Shown here one piece after another: positions 1-8,563 of a stretch of 64,000 bases of DNA. The DNA comes from a virus: the IMG/VR virus record IMGVR_UViG_3300037116_000081, positions 21,925 through 85,924 of that record; one strand, given 5' to 3'. The position numbers were made by a program, and so were the translations under genes. The notes below the pieces were generated by a model. That model was given only the letters and a program-made list of their open reading frames with translations. It had not been told where the DNA came from and searched no databases. The stretch's first letter is position 1; every line of letters starts with the position of its first letter.

Positions 1-43
1 ACCGGGCGACATAGGGCCGAGTGACGATCTTGCGGTAGCGGCG

Positions 44-670
44 ATGACCGCGAACCAATTGTTTCTGAGCGCGAATGAGCAGAACACGAACACCGGCGCG
101 GTGTACGTTTACACTCTCGTGGGCGGGCAATACCAGTTCACTCAGAAACTTGTTGGAGCTTCGGCCAATGATTTCTTCGGCGTTAATGTGAGCTGCGACG
201 GGAACACGCTGGTAATCGGCGGCGGCTTCAGTACCACTGGCAAAGCTTACGTCTACACCAAAGCTGGATCAGCATGGGCAATTTTGCAGACGCTCGTAGG
301 ATCAGACAGCTTGAGCGGAGACAGGTTCGGCGAAGGCGTTGCGGTATCTGGAACGTTGATGGCTGTAGGGGCTCCTATTGCTACGGTAGGCGGACATGCT
401 ATTGCCGGCGCGGCCTACGTCTTTCAATTGATCGCGGGGGTTTGGACCCAAACGCAAAAGCTCACAGCGCCCGTGCCGGCAGCCAACACCTATTTCGGTT
501 TGTCGGCAGGAGCCATTGCCGGATCACCTTCTTGGATCGCAGTGGGCGCTCCGGCGATCGCGAACGCGGCAGTAGAAGGCGCGGCGTACTTTTTCTACGG
601 CCCTGCAATCGCGCCTGTAGCTGATCCCTTCGTGACCCTGACATTCAAAGGACAGAAGGTGTACGCATGA
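44..670 (+). CDS. FG-GAP/integrin-alpha-like beta-propeller repeat protein (probably truncated at the 5' end by the window edge)
   Basis: Repeated units GAVYVY...QKL...DFFG / GDRFGEGVAVSG..AVGAP / GAAYVF. Confidence 0.75.
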   Translation: MTANQLFLSANEQNTNTGAVYVYTLVGGQYQFTQKLVGASANDFFGVNVSCDGNTLVIGGGFSTTGKAYVYTKAGSAWAILQTLVGSDSLSGDRFGEGVAVSGTLMAVGAPIATVGGHAIAGAAYVFQLIAGVWTQTQKLTAPVPAANTYFGLSAGAIAGSPSWIAVGAPAIANAAVEGAAYFFYGPAIAPVADPFVTLTFKGQKVYA

Positions 671-1293
671 GCGCAGGCGCTTACTGCACATTCCCGGCAC
701 TGCCGCCGTTCAACCCCCTTCGGCTCGCGTCAAATTATCGCGACGGCTACGGAGATCCGCACGCACTCTTGACCGAGCTTACGGACGCGGTCATCGCATC
801 TGGCTGCTACGTGCCGAGAATCTTTCACGCACCTGACACGTCTGTCGATAACGAGATTCTGCAAACCAACAGATTTCTCGAATACGCTTTGGCCTTACCG
901 ATCGGCTCTTTCATTCTGGCCTACCTACACGGATACACGGCGGCTCCCAGTGCGAACGTTACCGATCCTCCGGTCGCCTCAGGCTTTCGAGTTCAAATCA
1001 CGGACATCAAGCCGAACTATAAGTTTTTCGGCAAGCCGGTCCCTGAAGCATTCTTTCTGAATGACATCCCGAGCGCGAATCCGAACAGCGTGCTTTCGCC
1101 AAATTTGTTGTCAGTCCAAAACCAGAGCGCGCGATTGTTGACAGCTCCATATCCCGTGACGGCGCCTGGAATTTTCAAGATCGAATTCTGGAATATCCTC
1201 ACAACGGGGAATGTCTCGGCAACGTTGAACCCGAACGTCAGGCTGTCGTTTTTAGTTGCCATCCCTGACCCGGATTTGAAGGTGGGATCATAA
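667..1293 (+). CDS. hypothetical beta-rich virion protein (possible single jelly-roll fold)
   Basis: 208 aa; ATGA overlap with the upstream gene; fold is inferred from the alternating hydrophobic pattern only. Confidence 0.45.
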   Translation: MSAGAYCTFPALPPFNPLRLASNYRDGYGDPHALLTELTDAVIASGCYVPRIFHAPDTSVDNEILQTNRFLEYALALPIGSFILAYLHGYTAAPSANVTDPPVASGFRVQITDIKPNYKFFGKPVPEAFFLNDIPSANPNSVLSPNLLSVQNQSARLLTAPYPVTAPGIFKIEFWNILTTGNVSATLNPNVRLSFLVAIPDPDLKVGS

Positions 1294-1296
1294 ACC

Positions 1297-1797
1297 ATGG
1301 GCGCACTCTCGTTAGCAGACATCCAAAAAGACAAGCGCGATTGGGCAACGTCCTACGTTCCGCCAGAGCGGATCATTCCGATCCATCGTCTCCCGATCAC
1401 TGCGCTCGGCTCAGTTCTATCGCCGGCGTACGGGGTGCTGAATCAAACGCTGATAGTGACTTACACAGTGCGGGCGAATTGGGCGTGCCTTATAACTCAC
1501 ATCGTGCTCGGCTTCGCGGGACCCGCACCGGCTCCTCTGCCTGGTGACATTATCTGGTCGATTGACATTGATCGGAATCTAGGGAGTATGGCGGGATACT
1601 TCGAGAAGGACTACGGGAATATCAACATGCCGCTCGGGAGCTTCACGCACGGCTGGATGTGGCCCGTAGAATTTCAGCACCGGGACAATGAAATCATCCG
1701 GGTCAAGGCGTACACGAATCAGAACGTCGCGACGGGTCCGGGCGCGTTCATCACAGCCGCTCTGATCGGCTACGAATGGCCGGAGGATTCAGACTAA
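1297..1797 (+). CDS. hypothetical beta-rich virion protein (possible single jelly-roll capsid/penton-like)
   Basis: 166 aa, beta-strand pattern, ends ITAALIGYEWP; tightly packed in the operon. Confidence 0.45.
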   Translation: MGALSLADIQKDKRDWATSYVPPERIIPIHRLPITALGSVLSPAYGVLNQTLIVTYTVRANWACLITHIVLGFAGPAPAPLPGDIIWSIDIDRNLGSMAGYFEKDYGNINMPLGSFTHGWMWPVEFQHRDNEIIRVKAYTNQNVATGPGAFITAALIGYEWPEDSD

Positions 1798-2660
1798 TGA
1801 AACGTTATCTTCTAGCGGCCGCTCTCGCCGTTTCTGCCTACGCACAGGTCCCCGCTCCGGATTGCATCGCCAGCTTCACTCTGAGCGCGGCGGGCTCCCA
1901 AACTGGCTTTGCGAACCAGGGCTGCATCTTTTGGAACATGACGTATCGAAACTTCGGTTTCACGGGGCTCTCTCTGACTCTCCAGCAAGCTCCGGATGCG
2001 AACAACGCACCAGGTACGTGGAAGACTTTCGCGGGCACGGGCGAAGTGGGCTCGAATCCGTCAACGTCGATCACGGGCGCTTACTACACGATCATTGCAT
2101 TGGATACCGATCTTGCGGCGTGGGTGCGAGTGACGCTCTCCGGACTAACAGGAACCGGCTTCGTTACCGGCTACGCCTTCGGGTACAAGACTTACCCCGG
2201 CGCGTCAGGCGGCGGTGGCGGCGGTGGCGGCTGTACATCTCCCTGCGTTGTCATTGGACCGGACGCTACGGGTGTGACTCCTACTCAAGACCCGGTACAA
2301 ATCGCGACTACGGACGGCTCCGGGAACGTGGTCCGTCCAATGTACTGCTCACTCAGTGCGCCGATCACGGTTACAGGGTCCGGGCTTACTCAGATCGTGG
2401 CGCTCAGTGGTGGACAGCAAATTGAGATTTGCAACATCTCCGTTTCCTTCGCGTCGGGCGTGGATTTCCAGCTCGAAACCGGCACAGGCTCAAATTGCGC
2501 GGGCGCGACTACCGCACTTACGGGCGTATACAAGACAGTGCTTACGGTCGCACTCGATTTCACCAGCGGCACACTGAACGGTGTTGTCTCTCAAGCCCTC
2601 TGCATCAACCTTGGCGCGGGCGTCACAGGCGGCGGCGTCGTAAACTACGGCCTGAGGTAA
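1797..2660 (+). CDS. signal-peptide-bearing Gly/Thr-rich spike/fibre-like protein
   Basis: Start MKRYLLAAALAVSAYA-Q overlaps the upstream stop (TAATG); poly-Gly linker between two beta domains. Confidence 0.6.
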   Translation: MKRYLLAAALAVSAYAQVPAPDCIASFTLSAAGSQTGFANQGCIFWNMTYRNFGFTGLSLTLQQAPDANNAPGTWKTFAGTGEVGSNPSTSITGAYYTIIALDTDLAAWVRVTLSGLTGTGFVTGYAFGYKTYPGASGGGGGGGGCTSPCVVIGPDATGVTPTQDPVQIATTDGSGNVVRPMYCSLSAPITVTGSGLTQIVALSGGQQIEICNISVSFASGVDFQLETGTGSNCAGATTALTGVYKTVLTVALDFTSGTLNGVVSQALCINLGAGVTGGGVVNYGLR

Positions 2661-2661
2661 A

Positions 2662-4062
2662 ATGCTAAATCTGAAATCCAAGTGGGTTAAACTGTCTGCC
2701 GGTTTGATGGCCGGAGCTGCGCTTCTGTGGGCCTCAGGGATCGCGCCGCAAGCCTACAACCTGATCGTGGGCAACGGGACACCAGCCGGAAGAGGCAGCA
2801 CGCTTAGCTTTCCAAACACGGCATCGGTGAGCTGGTCCTGTTCGACTACAGGCATTGTTACCACGTGCCTTGCGACCGCATCCGGTGGCGGTGGAGGCAG
2901 CGGCGGGGGAATCGTCACGTATTCATCAGGCGCAGCATTGACGCCAGCCGGAACGCAATTCGTAGCTATCGGCGGCGGCGGGCAAGCATCCGCGACTGAA
3001 TCTGACGTTGAGATCGGCGCTCCATCAGCCGCGACGATTAGCTCGATGTTTGTCAATCTCGACCTTCCTGCGGGAACGGGTAATTCAATCGCGTTCATCT
3101 GGCGCAAGGCCGGGGCGGATCAAACTCTTACATGTACGATCTCCGGAGTTTCCGCGACGACCTGCAGCGACACGACCCACAGCTTCACTGTGGCGCAGGG
3201 CGATTTGATCGACATCAAATTGGTTACGACAGGCACGGTCATTGTAGCTCCCGGCCTGACCATCGCGACGGCCTACGGAGTCTCCGGATCGGCTGGGTAT
3301 TTGACCATTCAGAATAACGGTACTCCACTCGCGCAAGAGCCGGTGTTGAATCTTACGGACGGCACGAACACGACGATGGTCTGTGCCGACAATCCAGGTG
3401 TTGCAACAAACTGCCAAGTCAACGCATCGGGCGGAGGCGGTGGCACTTTCTCCGCTCTTCCGCCGTACTTGTATGACGGCACTAATTATTTCGCGCCTTC
3501 CTCCGCAGTTGTCAAGCCTGTGCCGGGTAACTTCACATGGCAGAATCAAGGCGGTGCTACGAACACGACCACTGCGAACGGGGCGATCTATCTGCTAGGG
3601 ACAAACGGGAGCCTTGACAACCGATTCTATGAAGAAGCTTGTCCGGGAAGCACCCCTTACACAATCACGGTTGCATTCATGCCCCAATTAACGGCTAACA
3701 CTTTCGCTTGGCTGGGTTTTGGATTCCGTGATCCCGTCGCCGGGAGACTTGAATATATGGCGCTGGAAGGCAACGGGGCTCAGATCGAAGTTGCTTTATG
3801 GGGCTCGATTGCGGGTTTTGCTGGACGAAGCGCTAACAGGTCAGTAGCAGCGGTTCCTTCTGTTCTGTGGTTTAGGGTGGGGAATGACGGTACAAATCTA
3901 ACTTTTTCCTGGAGCGTAGACGGTATCAATTTCTTTCAAATACTGGCCGATCCAATCTCCGGCGGTTTTCTGAACGCCACTCCTACACAATGCGGGTTCT
4001 TCTTGGTTAACAACGATTCGAGCCCTGCAATCAGCGCGATGACAGTCTTGAGTGTCCAATGA
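2662..4062 (+). CDS. signal-peptide-bearing spike/receptor-binding-like protein with C-terminal concanavalin/lectin-like domain
   Basis: Hydrophobic N-terminus, poly-Gly linkers, C-terminal WFRVGNDGTNLTFSWSVDGINF motif. Confidence 0.6.
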   Translation: MLNLKSKWVKLSAGLMAGAALLWASGIAPQAYNLIVGNGTPAGRGSTLSFPNTASVSWSCSTTGIVTTCLATASGGGGGSGGGIVTYSSGAALTPAGTQFVAIGGGGQASATESDVEIGAPSAATISSMFVNLDLPAGTGNSIAFIWRKAGADQTLTCTISGVSATTCSDTTHSFTVAQGDLIDIKLVTTGTVIVAPGLTIATAYGVSGSAGYLTIQNNGTPLAQEPVLNLTDGTNTTMVCADNPGVATNCQVNASGGGGGTFSALPPYLYDGTNYFAPSSAVVKPVPGNFTWQNQGGATNTTTANGAIYLLGTNGSLDNRFYEEACPGSTPYTITVAFMPQLTANTFAWLGFGFRDPVAGRLEYMALEGNGAQIEVALWGSIAGFAGRSANRSVAAVPSVLWFRVGNDGTNLTFSWSVDGINFFQILADPISGGFLNATPTQCGFFLVNNDSSPAISAMTVLSVQ

Positions 4063-4234
4063 AAATGTTCCTTTCAAACAATCCTGACGTAGCCGAACTC
4101 TTAGGCGCTGGGCTCATCGCTCTGTTCTTCATGCTGGGCGACTACTACGCTTCACGTGTGGAAGGCGGGTACACGATCGCGCGGTCAGTGGAAACGATTC
4201 GCGATATGTCGGCTTCAGTTCAAGAGGGCACACC

Positions 4235-4345
4235 ATGAAGTTGAGAGGCTGGATACTCATGGCTCTCTGGAGTGGTTTCTACAGAAGCATCTTGCGTTTT
4301 GTGCCGCACTGGAATTGCGGCACGGAGAAAGGTCGATCCGAATGA
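4235..4345 (+). CDS. mini-ORF running through hairpin L1 (MKLRGWILMALWSGFYRSILRFVPHWNCGTEKGRSE)
   Basis: GAGGG SD; stop overlaps the ATG of the next gene (ATGA); translated by hand. Confidence 0.5.
   Translation: MKLRGWILMALWSGFYRSILRFVPHWNCGTEKGRSE
4295..4330 (+). repeat. cassette left-end hairpin L1 (GTGCCGCA-CTGGAAT-TGCGGCAC)
   Basis: 8-bp perfect stem, conserved loop, preceded by CGTTTT and followed by GGAG. Confidence 0.85.
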
Positions 4346-4596
4346 ACGATAATCCGCTAGGCCCATTGCAGGGCACATCGAGTCAGCAGTTCCACCTGAA
4401 CACGCTGGATTTCCAGAAAGTCGGCCGCATGGTGCTAGTGCAGATCATCGGGCTCGGCCTGACGCTCGGGGTTCCGTGGTTGCTGAAGCTTTCCTACGTG
4501 TGGAAGGGCCACGATTACACGCCAGATGTCCTGATCGTGGTGAACTGCGTAGCTGAACTGGGGAGACGTTTTCTGACCGGGGCACCGAAGACCTGA
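4342..4596 (+). CDS. small membrane protein, holin-like; paralog of 24669-24923
   Basis: 84 aa from MNDNPLG; hydrophobic segments; near-identical protein on the minus strand at 24.7 kb. Confidence 0.65.
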   Translation: MNDNPLGPLQGTSSQQFHLNTLDFQKVGRMVLVQIIGLGLTLGVPWLLKLSYVWKGHDYTPDVLIVVNCVAELGRRFLTGAPKT

Positions 4597-4773
4597 AAGG
4601 AACCCATGAAAGATATCATTCAACGAGTGCTGCTTGAACAGACGAACCTCTCGGACGCAAAGGCGGAGTATGTGGCACGGGAAATCGTGAACGCGTTGGG
4701 GCCTTACGCGCGGAACGATGATATCGGCAGCAGAACCGAGTACGCGGAGTCCGCAACTTAAAAGTAGAGGCGT

Positions 4774-5181
4774 GTGTTAACCTTGATGTTGAATCCGTTC
4801 GCTGATTACCACTTCATCTTTGATATCATCTCTGGCGTTGCGGTTGTCGCGGGCTCCTACTTCGGGCTCATGATAAAGAACGCGCTCGGGGCCATCCGGC
4901 TAGAGCAGGCCAACGCGAAGTCCGAACTACTCTTACAGCAATCGCACACGAAAGCAGAACTACTCGCCCATCAGAACGAAGTCAAAGAGGAAATGCTCGA
5001 ACAGCATGACGTGGTTGTCGAAGGGCAGCACGATTTAAGGGCCGAGTTTGTGGATAAACACGCTGAAAACAAACAATCTCTTGCGGTTCACCTCAATGAC
5101 GATGACCGCCGATTTGAAGCCTTGAACACAGTGCTGGCGCGGATCGATAAGACGGTCGAGAAGATAGCCAACGGGCACTGA
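4774..5181 (+). CDS. N-terminal TM plus coiled-coil protein (holin/XhlA-like lysis accessory)
   Basis: One TM helix followed by a heptad-rich region; same layout as 63299-63655. Confidence 0.55.
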   Translation: MLTLMLNPFADYHFIFDIISGVAVVAGSYFGLMIKNALGAIRLEQANAKSELLLQQSHTKAELLAHQNEVKEEMLEQHDVVVEGQHDLRAEFVDKHAENKQSLAVHLNDDDRRFEALNTVLARIDKTVEKIANGH

Positions 5182-5187
5182 CGACAG

Positions 5188-5225
5188 CCCAACCTTTGGG
5201 CGGGGATACTCCAGATCCCCGCCGA
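5188..5225 (+). repeat. cassette right-end hairpin R1 (GGCGGGGAT-ACTCCAG-ATCCCCGCC)
   Basis: 9-bp perfect stem; preceded by the CCCAA-cct-TTGGG mini-hairpin. Confidence 0.85.
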
Positions 5226-5303
5226 CACCTGACTGAGCACATTTGAACAGTATCAAAACCCCTGAACTGGGGTATACTCCAATCTGAAGAGGAGAAAACG
5301 AAA

Positions 5304-5597
5304 ATGTCTACCAAGCCTGTTCCAGCAACGGATAAAAACGAGAAAACCATCTCGGTGAACGTGGAAGGAAAATCGCGCCAAGTCGTCATTCAGCGGCACG
5401 AAACCACCACACACATTCTCGATCGGCTGAACCTGAAGGGCTATCAGCTCTCCATGGGGCCGAGCACGCCACAGAAAACTAACGTGCTCAACGCCGGCGA
5501 TATCGTTTTTGACAACGTAGTAGAAAACGAAGGGCTCGTCGCGACTGCGGTTCCGCCTGTCGGAAGACCTGCGCAACCTCAGCCCGTCAAAAAGTAG
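5304..5597 (+). CDS. possible ubiquitin-like (beta-grasp) protein
   Basis: Strong SD GAGGAG; beta-beta-alpha pattern ISVNVEG..RQVVI....TTHILDRLNL. Confidence 0.4.
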   Translation: MSTKPVPATDKNEKTISVNVEGKSRQVVIQRHETTTHILDRLNLKGYQLSMGPSTPQKTNVLNAGDIVFDNVVENEGLVATAVPPVGRPAQPQPVKK

Positions 5598-5602
5598 GGA
5601 CT

Positions 5603-5806
5603 ATGTTCCCTGCCTTTCTGATCCAGATTGTCATTTGCCTCATCATCGTGGGGCTCCTGCTGTACGTGGTCAACCTTCTGCCGATTGAGCCGAACATCAA
5701 GCAGATTATCCGGGTGGTGGTGATTGTGTTCGTTGTCATCTGGTTACTCTATGCTTTGATGGGTGCGGCTCCTATGGCTCCTATGAGTTTGCCCCTTAGA
5801 CGTTGA
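5603..5806 (+). CDS. two-TM small membrane protein (Thivi_2564-like)
   Basis: LIIVGLLLYVVNLLPIEPNIKQIIRVVVIV pattern. Confidence 0.65.
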   Translation: MFPAFLIQIVICLIIVGLLLYVVNLLPIEPNIKQIIRVVVIVFVVIWLLYALMGAAPMAPMSLPLRR

Positions 5807-5832
5807 ATCACAGCCGGCTTTAGGCGTATACT
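5803..5832 (+). promoter_or_regulatory. sigma70-type promoter TTGAAT-18-TATACT, leaderless start at 5839
   Basis: Direct motif reading; ATG lies 6 nt after the -10 box. Confidence 0.55.
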
Positions 5833-5850
5833 TCTGACATGAGCATCCTC

Positions 5851-5885
5851 CGTTTCGTGCGGCATTGGAGTAGCCGCACGGAGGG
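5851..5885 (+). repeat. left-end hairpin L2 (CGTGCGGC-ATTGGAGTA-GCCGCACG) inside mini-ORF 5839-5895 MSILRFVRHWSSRTEGCR
   Basis: 8-bp stem, loop variant TTGGAGT; GGAGG SD for the methyltransferase. Confidence 0.85.
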
Positions 5886-5891
5886 CTGTCG

Positions 5892-6308
5892 ATGACACCG
5901 ACCTTGCAGGCGCGATCTGTACACTTCAGCTCCTCATCAGACCGTTGGGCCACCCCGCGGGCCGTTTACGATGCGCTCGACGCGGAGTTTGCTTTTGATT
6001 TTGACCCATGCCCGTTAGATGGAAGCGCAGACGGCCTAGCCAGCCTGTTTACGGAGTGGCGTGGAAGGCGGGTATTCTGCAACCCTCCGTATGGCCCCGG
6101 CCTCGGAAAGTGGCTGGAACGTGGCCTAGAAGCCGAACTAGCAGTCTTCCTCGTCCCTGCCCGCACTGATACGCGCTGGTTCCATGACATCGTGCTACCA
6201 AAAGCGGTGGAGATACGATTCCTGAAGGGCCGCCTGACATTCGGAGATGCCGTCAACCCGGCCCCGTTTCCTAGTATGGTAGTGATATTCCAGAGGGCAG
6301 GTCGATGA
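5892..6308 (+). CDS. phage DNA N6-adenine methyltransferase (Dam-like)
   Basis: WATP, FDFDPC, VFCNPPY, PARTDTRWFH and RFLKGRL motifs. Confidence 0.9.
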   Translation: MTPTLQARSVHFSSSSDRWATPRAVYDALDAEFAFDFDPCPLDGSADGLASLFTEWRGRRVFCNPPYGPGLGKWLERGLEAELAVFLVPARTDTRWFHDIVLPKAVEIRFLKGRLTFGDAVNPAPFPSMVVIFQRAGR

Positions 6309-6460
6309 CCCGGCTGCTACTCGCGGTGTGGTGGTCTGCCGCTGGTTGGATTGCCATGTGCGCGGGTGTTAGCTGGATTCTTTTTAACGGTTGGTTGCGG
6401 AAGACAGTTCAAACTCTTGGGCGGGGCTACTCCAAGTGCCCCGCCGAAACCCCAAAGTAG
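6305..6460 (+). CDS. small membrane peptide ending across hairpin R2
   Basis: ATGA-coupled to the methyltransferase; MTRLLLAVWW...LGRGYSKCPAETPK. Confidence 0.5.
   Translation: MTRLLLAVWWSAAGWIAMCAGVSWILFNGWLRKTVQTLGRGYSKCPAETPK
6412..6447 (+). repeat. right-end hairpin R2 (GGCGGGGC-TACTCCAAGT-GCCCCGCC)
   Basis: 8-bp stem, loop contains ACTCCAA. Confidence 0.85.
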
Positions 6461-6618
6461 CGTATGACACTACAGGTCTGTGACGTATGCCGATTAGTAG
6501 ACGGAGACTTGTCAGTGAAGTTGTGCGACTGGTGCCAATCCTGTAAAGCGTGGATATGTCAGAAGGACTGGAATAACTGGCCCCGGCGCTCGCTCGCGGC
6601 TATTCGGAGAATGAGACA

Positions 6619-7239
6619 ATGAACCCCCTCGGCACACCAGCTTACTTACCAGGCATCGACGTTTCGCACTTCCAGGGAGTCATAGACTGGCAGCGCGTGA
6701 AAGCGGCGGGCATCGGATTCGCATTTATCAAGGCGACGGATGGGACAGGCTTTGTGGACCCGCAACTGAACTACAATGCTCTTGCTTGCCAAGCGCTGAG
6801 TATCCCGTTCGGGCTTTACCATTTCTTCCGGCCCACCGCGGACTCTGCGTCACAGGCTCAGTTTTTCCTGGCCAACACCAAGCCCTATACCCCGTTGCTT
6901 CCGCCTGCGCTTGATCTGGAACTCGGCCCGGTGACAACGAGTCAAGCGGCTACATGGCTCGACATCGTAGACGTGGCGCTTGGCCGCGAATCTCTGGTGT
7001 ACACTGCCCCGGCTTTCGCGGCCGAGAATTTTAACGGCGAAAACTCAGGACTGATCAGCGTCTATCCCCTCTGGATTGCAGAGTACACAACCAAACCTGC
7101 CCCAACTGTGCCGGCCGCGTGGGAAGATTGGGAATTCTGGCAGCACACCCCGAGTGGACAAGTTGACGGAGTACCGAATGCAGTAGACTTAGATTGGTTC
7201 CATGGAACAGCCGACGATTTAAGGGCATGGGTGAAATGA
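6619..7239 (+). CDS. GH25 lysozyme (muramidase) endolysin
   Basis: GIDVSHFQG, FAFIKATDG, LYHFF, LDLE, LWIAEY, FWQ and VDLD motifs. Confidence 0.93.
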   Translation: MNPLGTPAYLPGIDVSHFQGVIDWQRVKAAGIGFAFIKATDGTGFVDPQLNYNALACQALSIPFGLYHFFRPTADSASQAQFFLANTKPYTPLLPPALDLELGPVTTSQAATWLDIVDVALGRESLVYTAPAFAAENFNGENSGLISVYPLWIAEYTTKPAPTVPAAWEDWEFWQHTPSGQVDGVPNAVDLDWFHGTADDLRAWVK

Positions 7240-7253
7240 CCGCGAGCATTTTG

Positions 7254-7290
7254 CGTTTCGTTTTGCACTGGGGTAGCAGGACGCTGGGAG
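7254..7290 (+). repeat. left-end hairpin L3 (CGTTTTGC-ACTGGGGTA-GCAGGACG) inside mini-ORF 7236-7298 MTASILRFVLHWGSRTLGDR
   Basis: Stem with two G-T wobbles on the coding strand; GGGAG SD. Confidence 0.85.
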
Positions 7291-7298
7291 ATCGATGA

Positions 7299-7676
7299 AT
7301 GGCGACTAAGCGTAAACAAGTTCGACCCACGAAAGGGGAACCCGCTCAACCGTCTCCCGCTGGTTTTGAAGCATGGGCTATTATCGAAATCTTTGGCCAC
7401 CAGAAATACGCGGGCAAGGTTTCGGAGTTCGCAATCGGCGGGTGTAATTTCGTGCGCGTCGATGTTCCCGAGCTGCCCACGCGCCGTCCACAGGAACCGG
7501 CCATGCCCGCGTTTACCAAGCTCTTTGGAAACGGAGCCGTGTATTCGATCACGCTTGTATCTGAGGACGTGGCCCGCGCGGTCGCTGCGACGATCCGGCC
7601 AGAGCCGCTCAACGTTTACATCCCGATAATCCCTGACCGCCAGTTGCGCTCCGGAGACGAGGACGGATTTCAGTGA
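7299..7676 (+). CDS. conserved phage hypothetical protein (WAIIEIFGHQ..AG family); cassette cargo, duplicated at 11865-12251
   Basis: Highly similar paralog in inverted orientation. Confidence 0.8.
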   Translation: MATKRKQVRPTKGEPAQPSPAGFEAWAIIEIFGHQKYAGKVSEFAIGGCNFVRVDVPELPTRRPQEPAMPAFTKLFGNGAVYSITLVSEDVARAVAATIRPEPLNVYIPIIPDRQLRSGDEDGFQ

Positions 7677-7694
7677 TGTCGCCGACCGTTCGGA

Positions 7695-7740
7695 ATCTTG
7701 GGCAGGGCTACTTCAGTGCCCTGCCGACAGCCCCTGGAAC
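7695..7740 (+). repeat. right-end hairpin R3 (GGCAGGGC-TACTTCAGT-GCCCTGCC)
   Basis: 8-bp stem with a compensatory change relative to R2. Confidence 0.85.
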
Positions 7741-7752
7741 CTGAAAAGATTC

Positions 7753-8286
7753 GTGTACCTCTACTACCAACCCCGGCGAAGAAGAGGCTTCGGTGATCTC
7801 TCAACCGTTGCGGCCGCGATTCAGCAAATTGAAGGTTGGGCGCCCGGTACACGATCTTACCGCAATAACAATCCTGGGAACCTGATGTACGCGGGGCAAC
7901 CCGGCGCGACTGGCCAAGATCCTCAAGGCTTCGCAATCTTTCCGGATTATCAAACCGGGCTCACGGCGCTCGACAATCAAATCACACTCGACGCTTCGCG
8001 CGGCCAGACCATTTCGCAGTTCACGTCCATCTATGCCCCGGCGTCAGACGGAAATAACCCCACGTCGTATGCGGCGCAAATAGCTTCAGCGGCCGGCCTC
8101 TCACCTTCAGACTCACTTTCAGCAGCAATCGCGGGCTCCAGCTCGGCGCCCGACGTTTCAAGCGGTATGGATCTCTCATCGCTGTTTCCGTCGCTCAGCC
8201 TTCCGTCAATCGACTTCACGGACCCGACGACAATTGCCGTAACGGTGGGGATCGGCCTGGCGCTGGCGTGGGCACTGAATGCGTAA
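7753..8286 (+). CDS. virion-associated lysozyme-like/transglycosylase protein with C-terminal TM anchor
   Basis: IEG..PGTRSYRNNNPGNL, FAIFP and YAPASDGNNP motifs; C-terminal hydrophobic helix. Confidence 0.7.
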   Translation: MYLYYQPRRRRGFGDLSTVAAAIQQIEGWAPGTRSYRNNNPGNLMYAGQPGATGQDPQGFAIFPDYQTGLTALDNQITLDASRGQTISQFTSIYAPASDGNNPTSYAAQIASAAGLSPSDSLSAAIAGSSSAPDVSSGMDLSSLFPSLSLPSIDFTDPTTIAVTVGIGLALAWALNA

Positions 8287-8293
8287 CTCTTTT

Positions 8294-8327
8294 CGTTTTG
8301 TGCTGCCCTGGAGTAGCAGCACGGAGA
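8294..8327 (+). repeat. left-end hairpin L4 (GTGCTGC-CCTGGAGTA-GCAGCAC) inside mini-ORF 8279-8347 MRNSFRFVLPWSSSTENGRQRG
   Basis: 7-bp stem plus conserved loop. Confidence 0.85.
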
Positions 8328-8346
8328 ATGGTCGGCAAAGGGGGTG

Positions 8347-8454
8347 ATGCACTTTGCAATCTGCGCACTTTGCGGCGGCTACCATGCAATCGGATGCTGT
8401 CCAACCCCGCAGTTTTGCCCGCGCGTGGACGTGGTAGCGCTAGCGGGCCGGTAA
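8347..8454 (+). CDS. 35-aa Cys/His-rich peptide (MHFAICALCGGYHAIGCCP...), cassette cargo
   Basis: SD AAGGGGG; TGATG coupling; translated by hand. Confidence 0.5.
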   Translation: MHFAICALCGGYHAIGCCPTPQFCPRVDVVALAGR

Positions 8455-8463
8455 AACCACGAT

Positions 8464-8506
8464 CTCCCAACCTCTTGGGCGGGGCTATTCCAGTGCCCCG
8501 CCGATA
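8464..8506 (+). repeat. right-end hairpin R4 (GGCGGGGC-TATTCCAGT-GCCCCGCC)
   Basis: 8-bp stem; preceded by CTCCCAACCTCTTG. Confidence 0.85.
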
Positions 8507-8527
8507 GCCCCTATAGTACTTTCCAAC

Positions 8528-8556
8528 TTGAATTAAACTGGTGTGTGCAGTAGACT
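8528..8556 (+). promoter_or_regulatory. promoter TTGAAT-17-TAGACT, leaderless GTG at 8564
   Basis: Direct motif reading. Confidence 0.6.
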
Positions 8557-8563
8557 CTTTATC

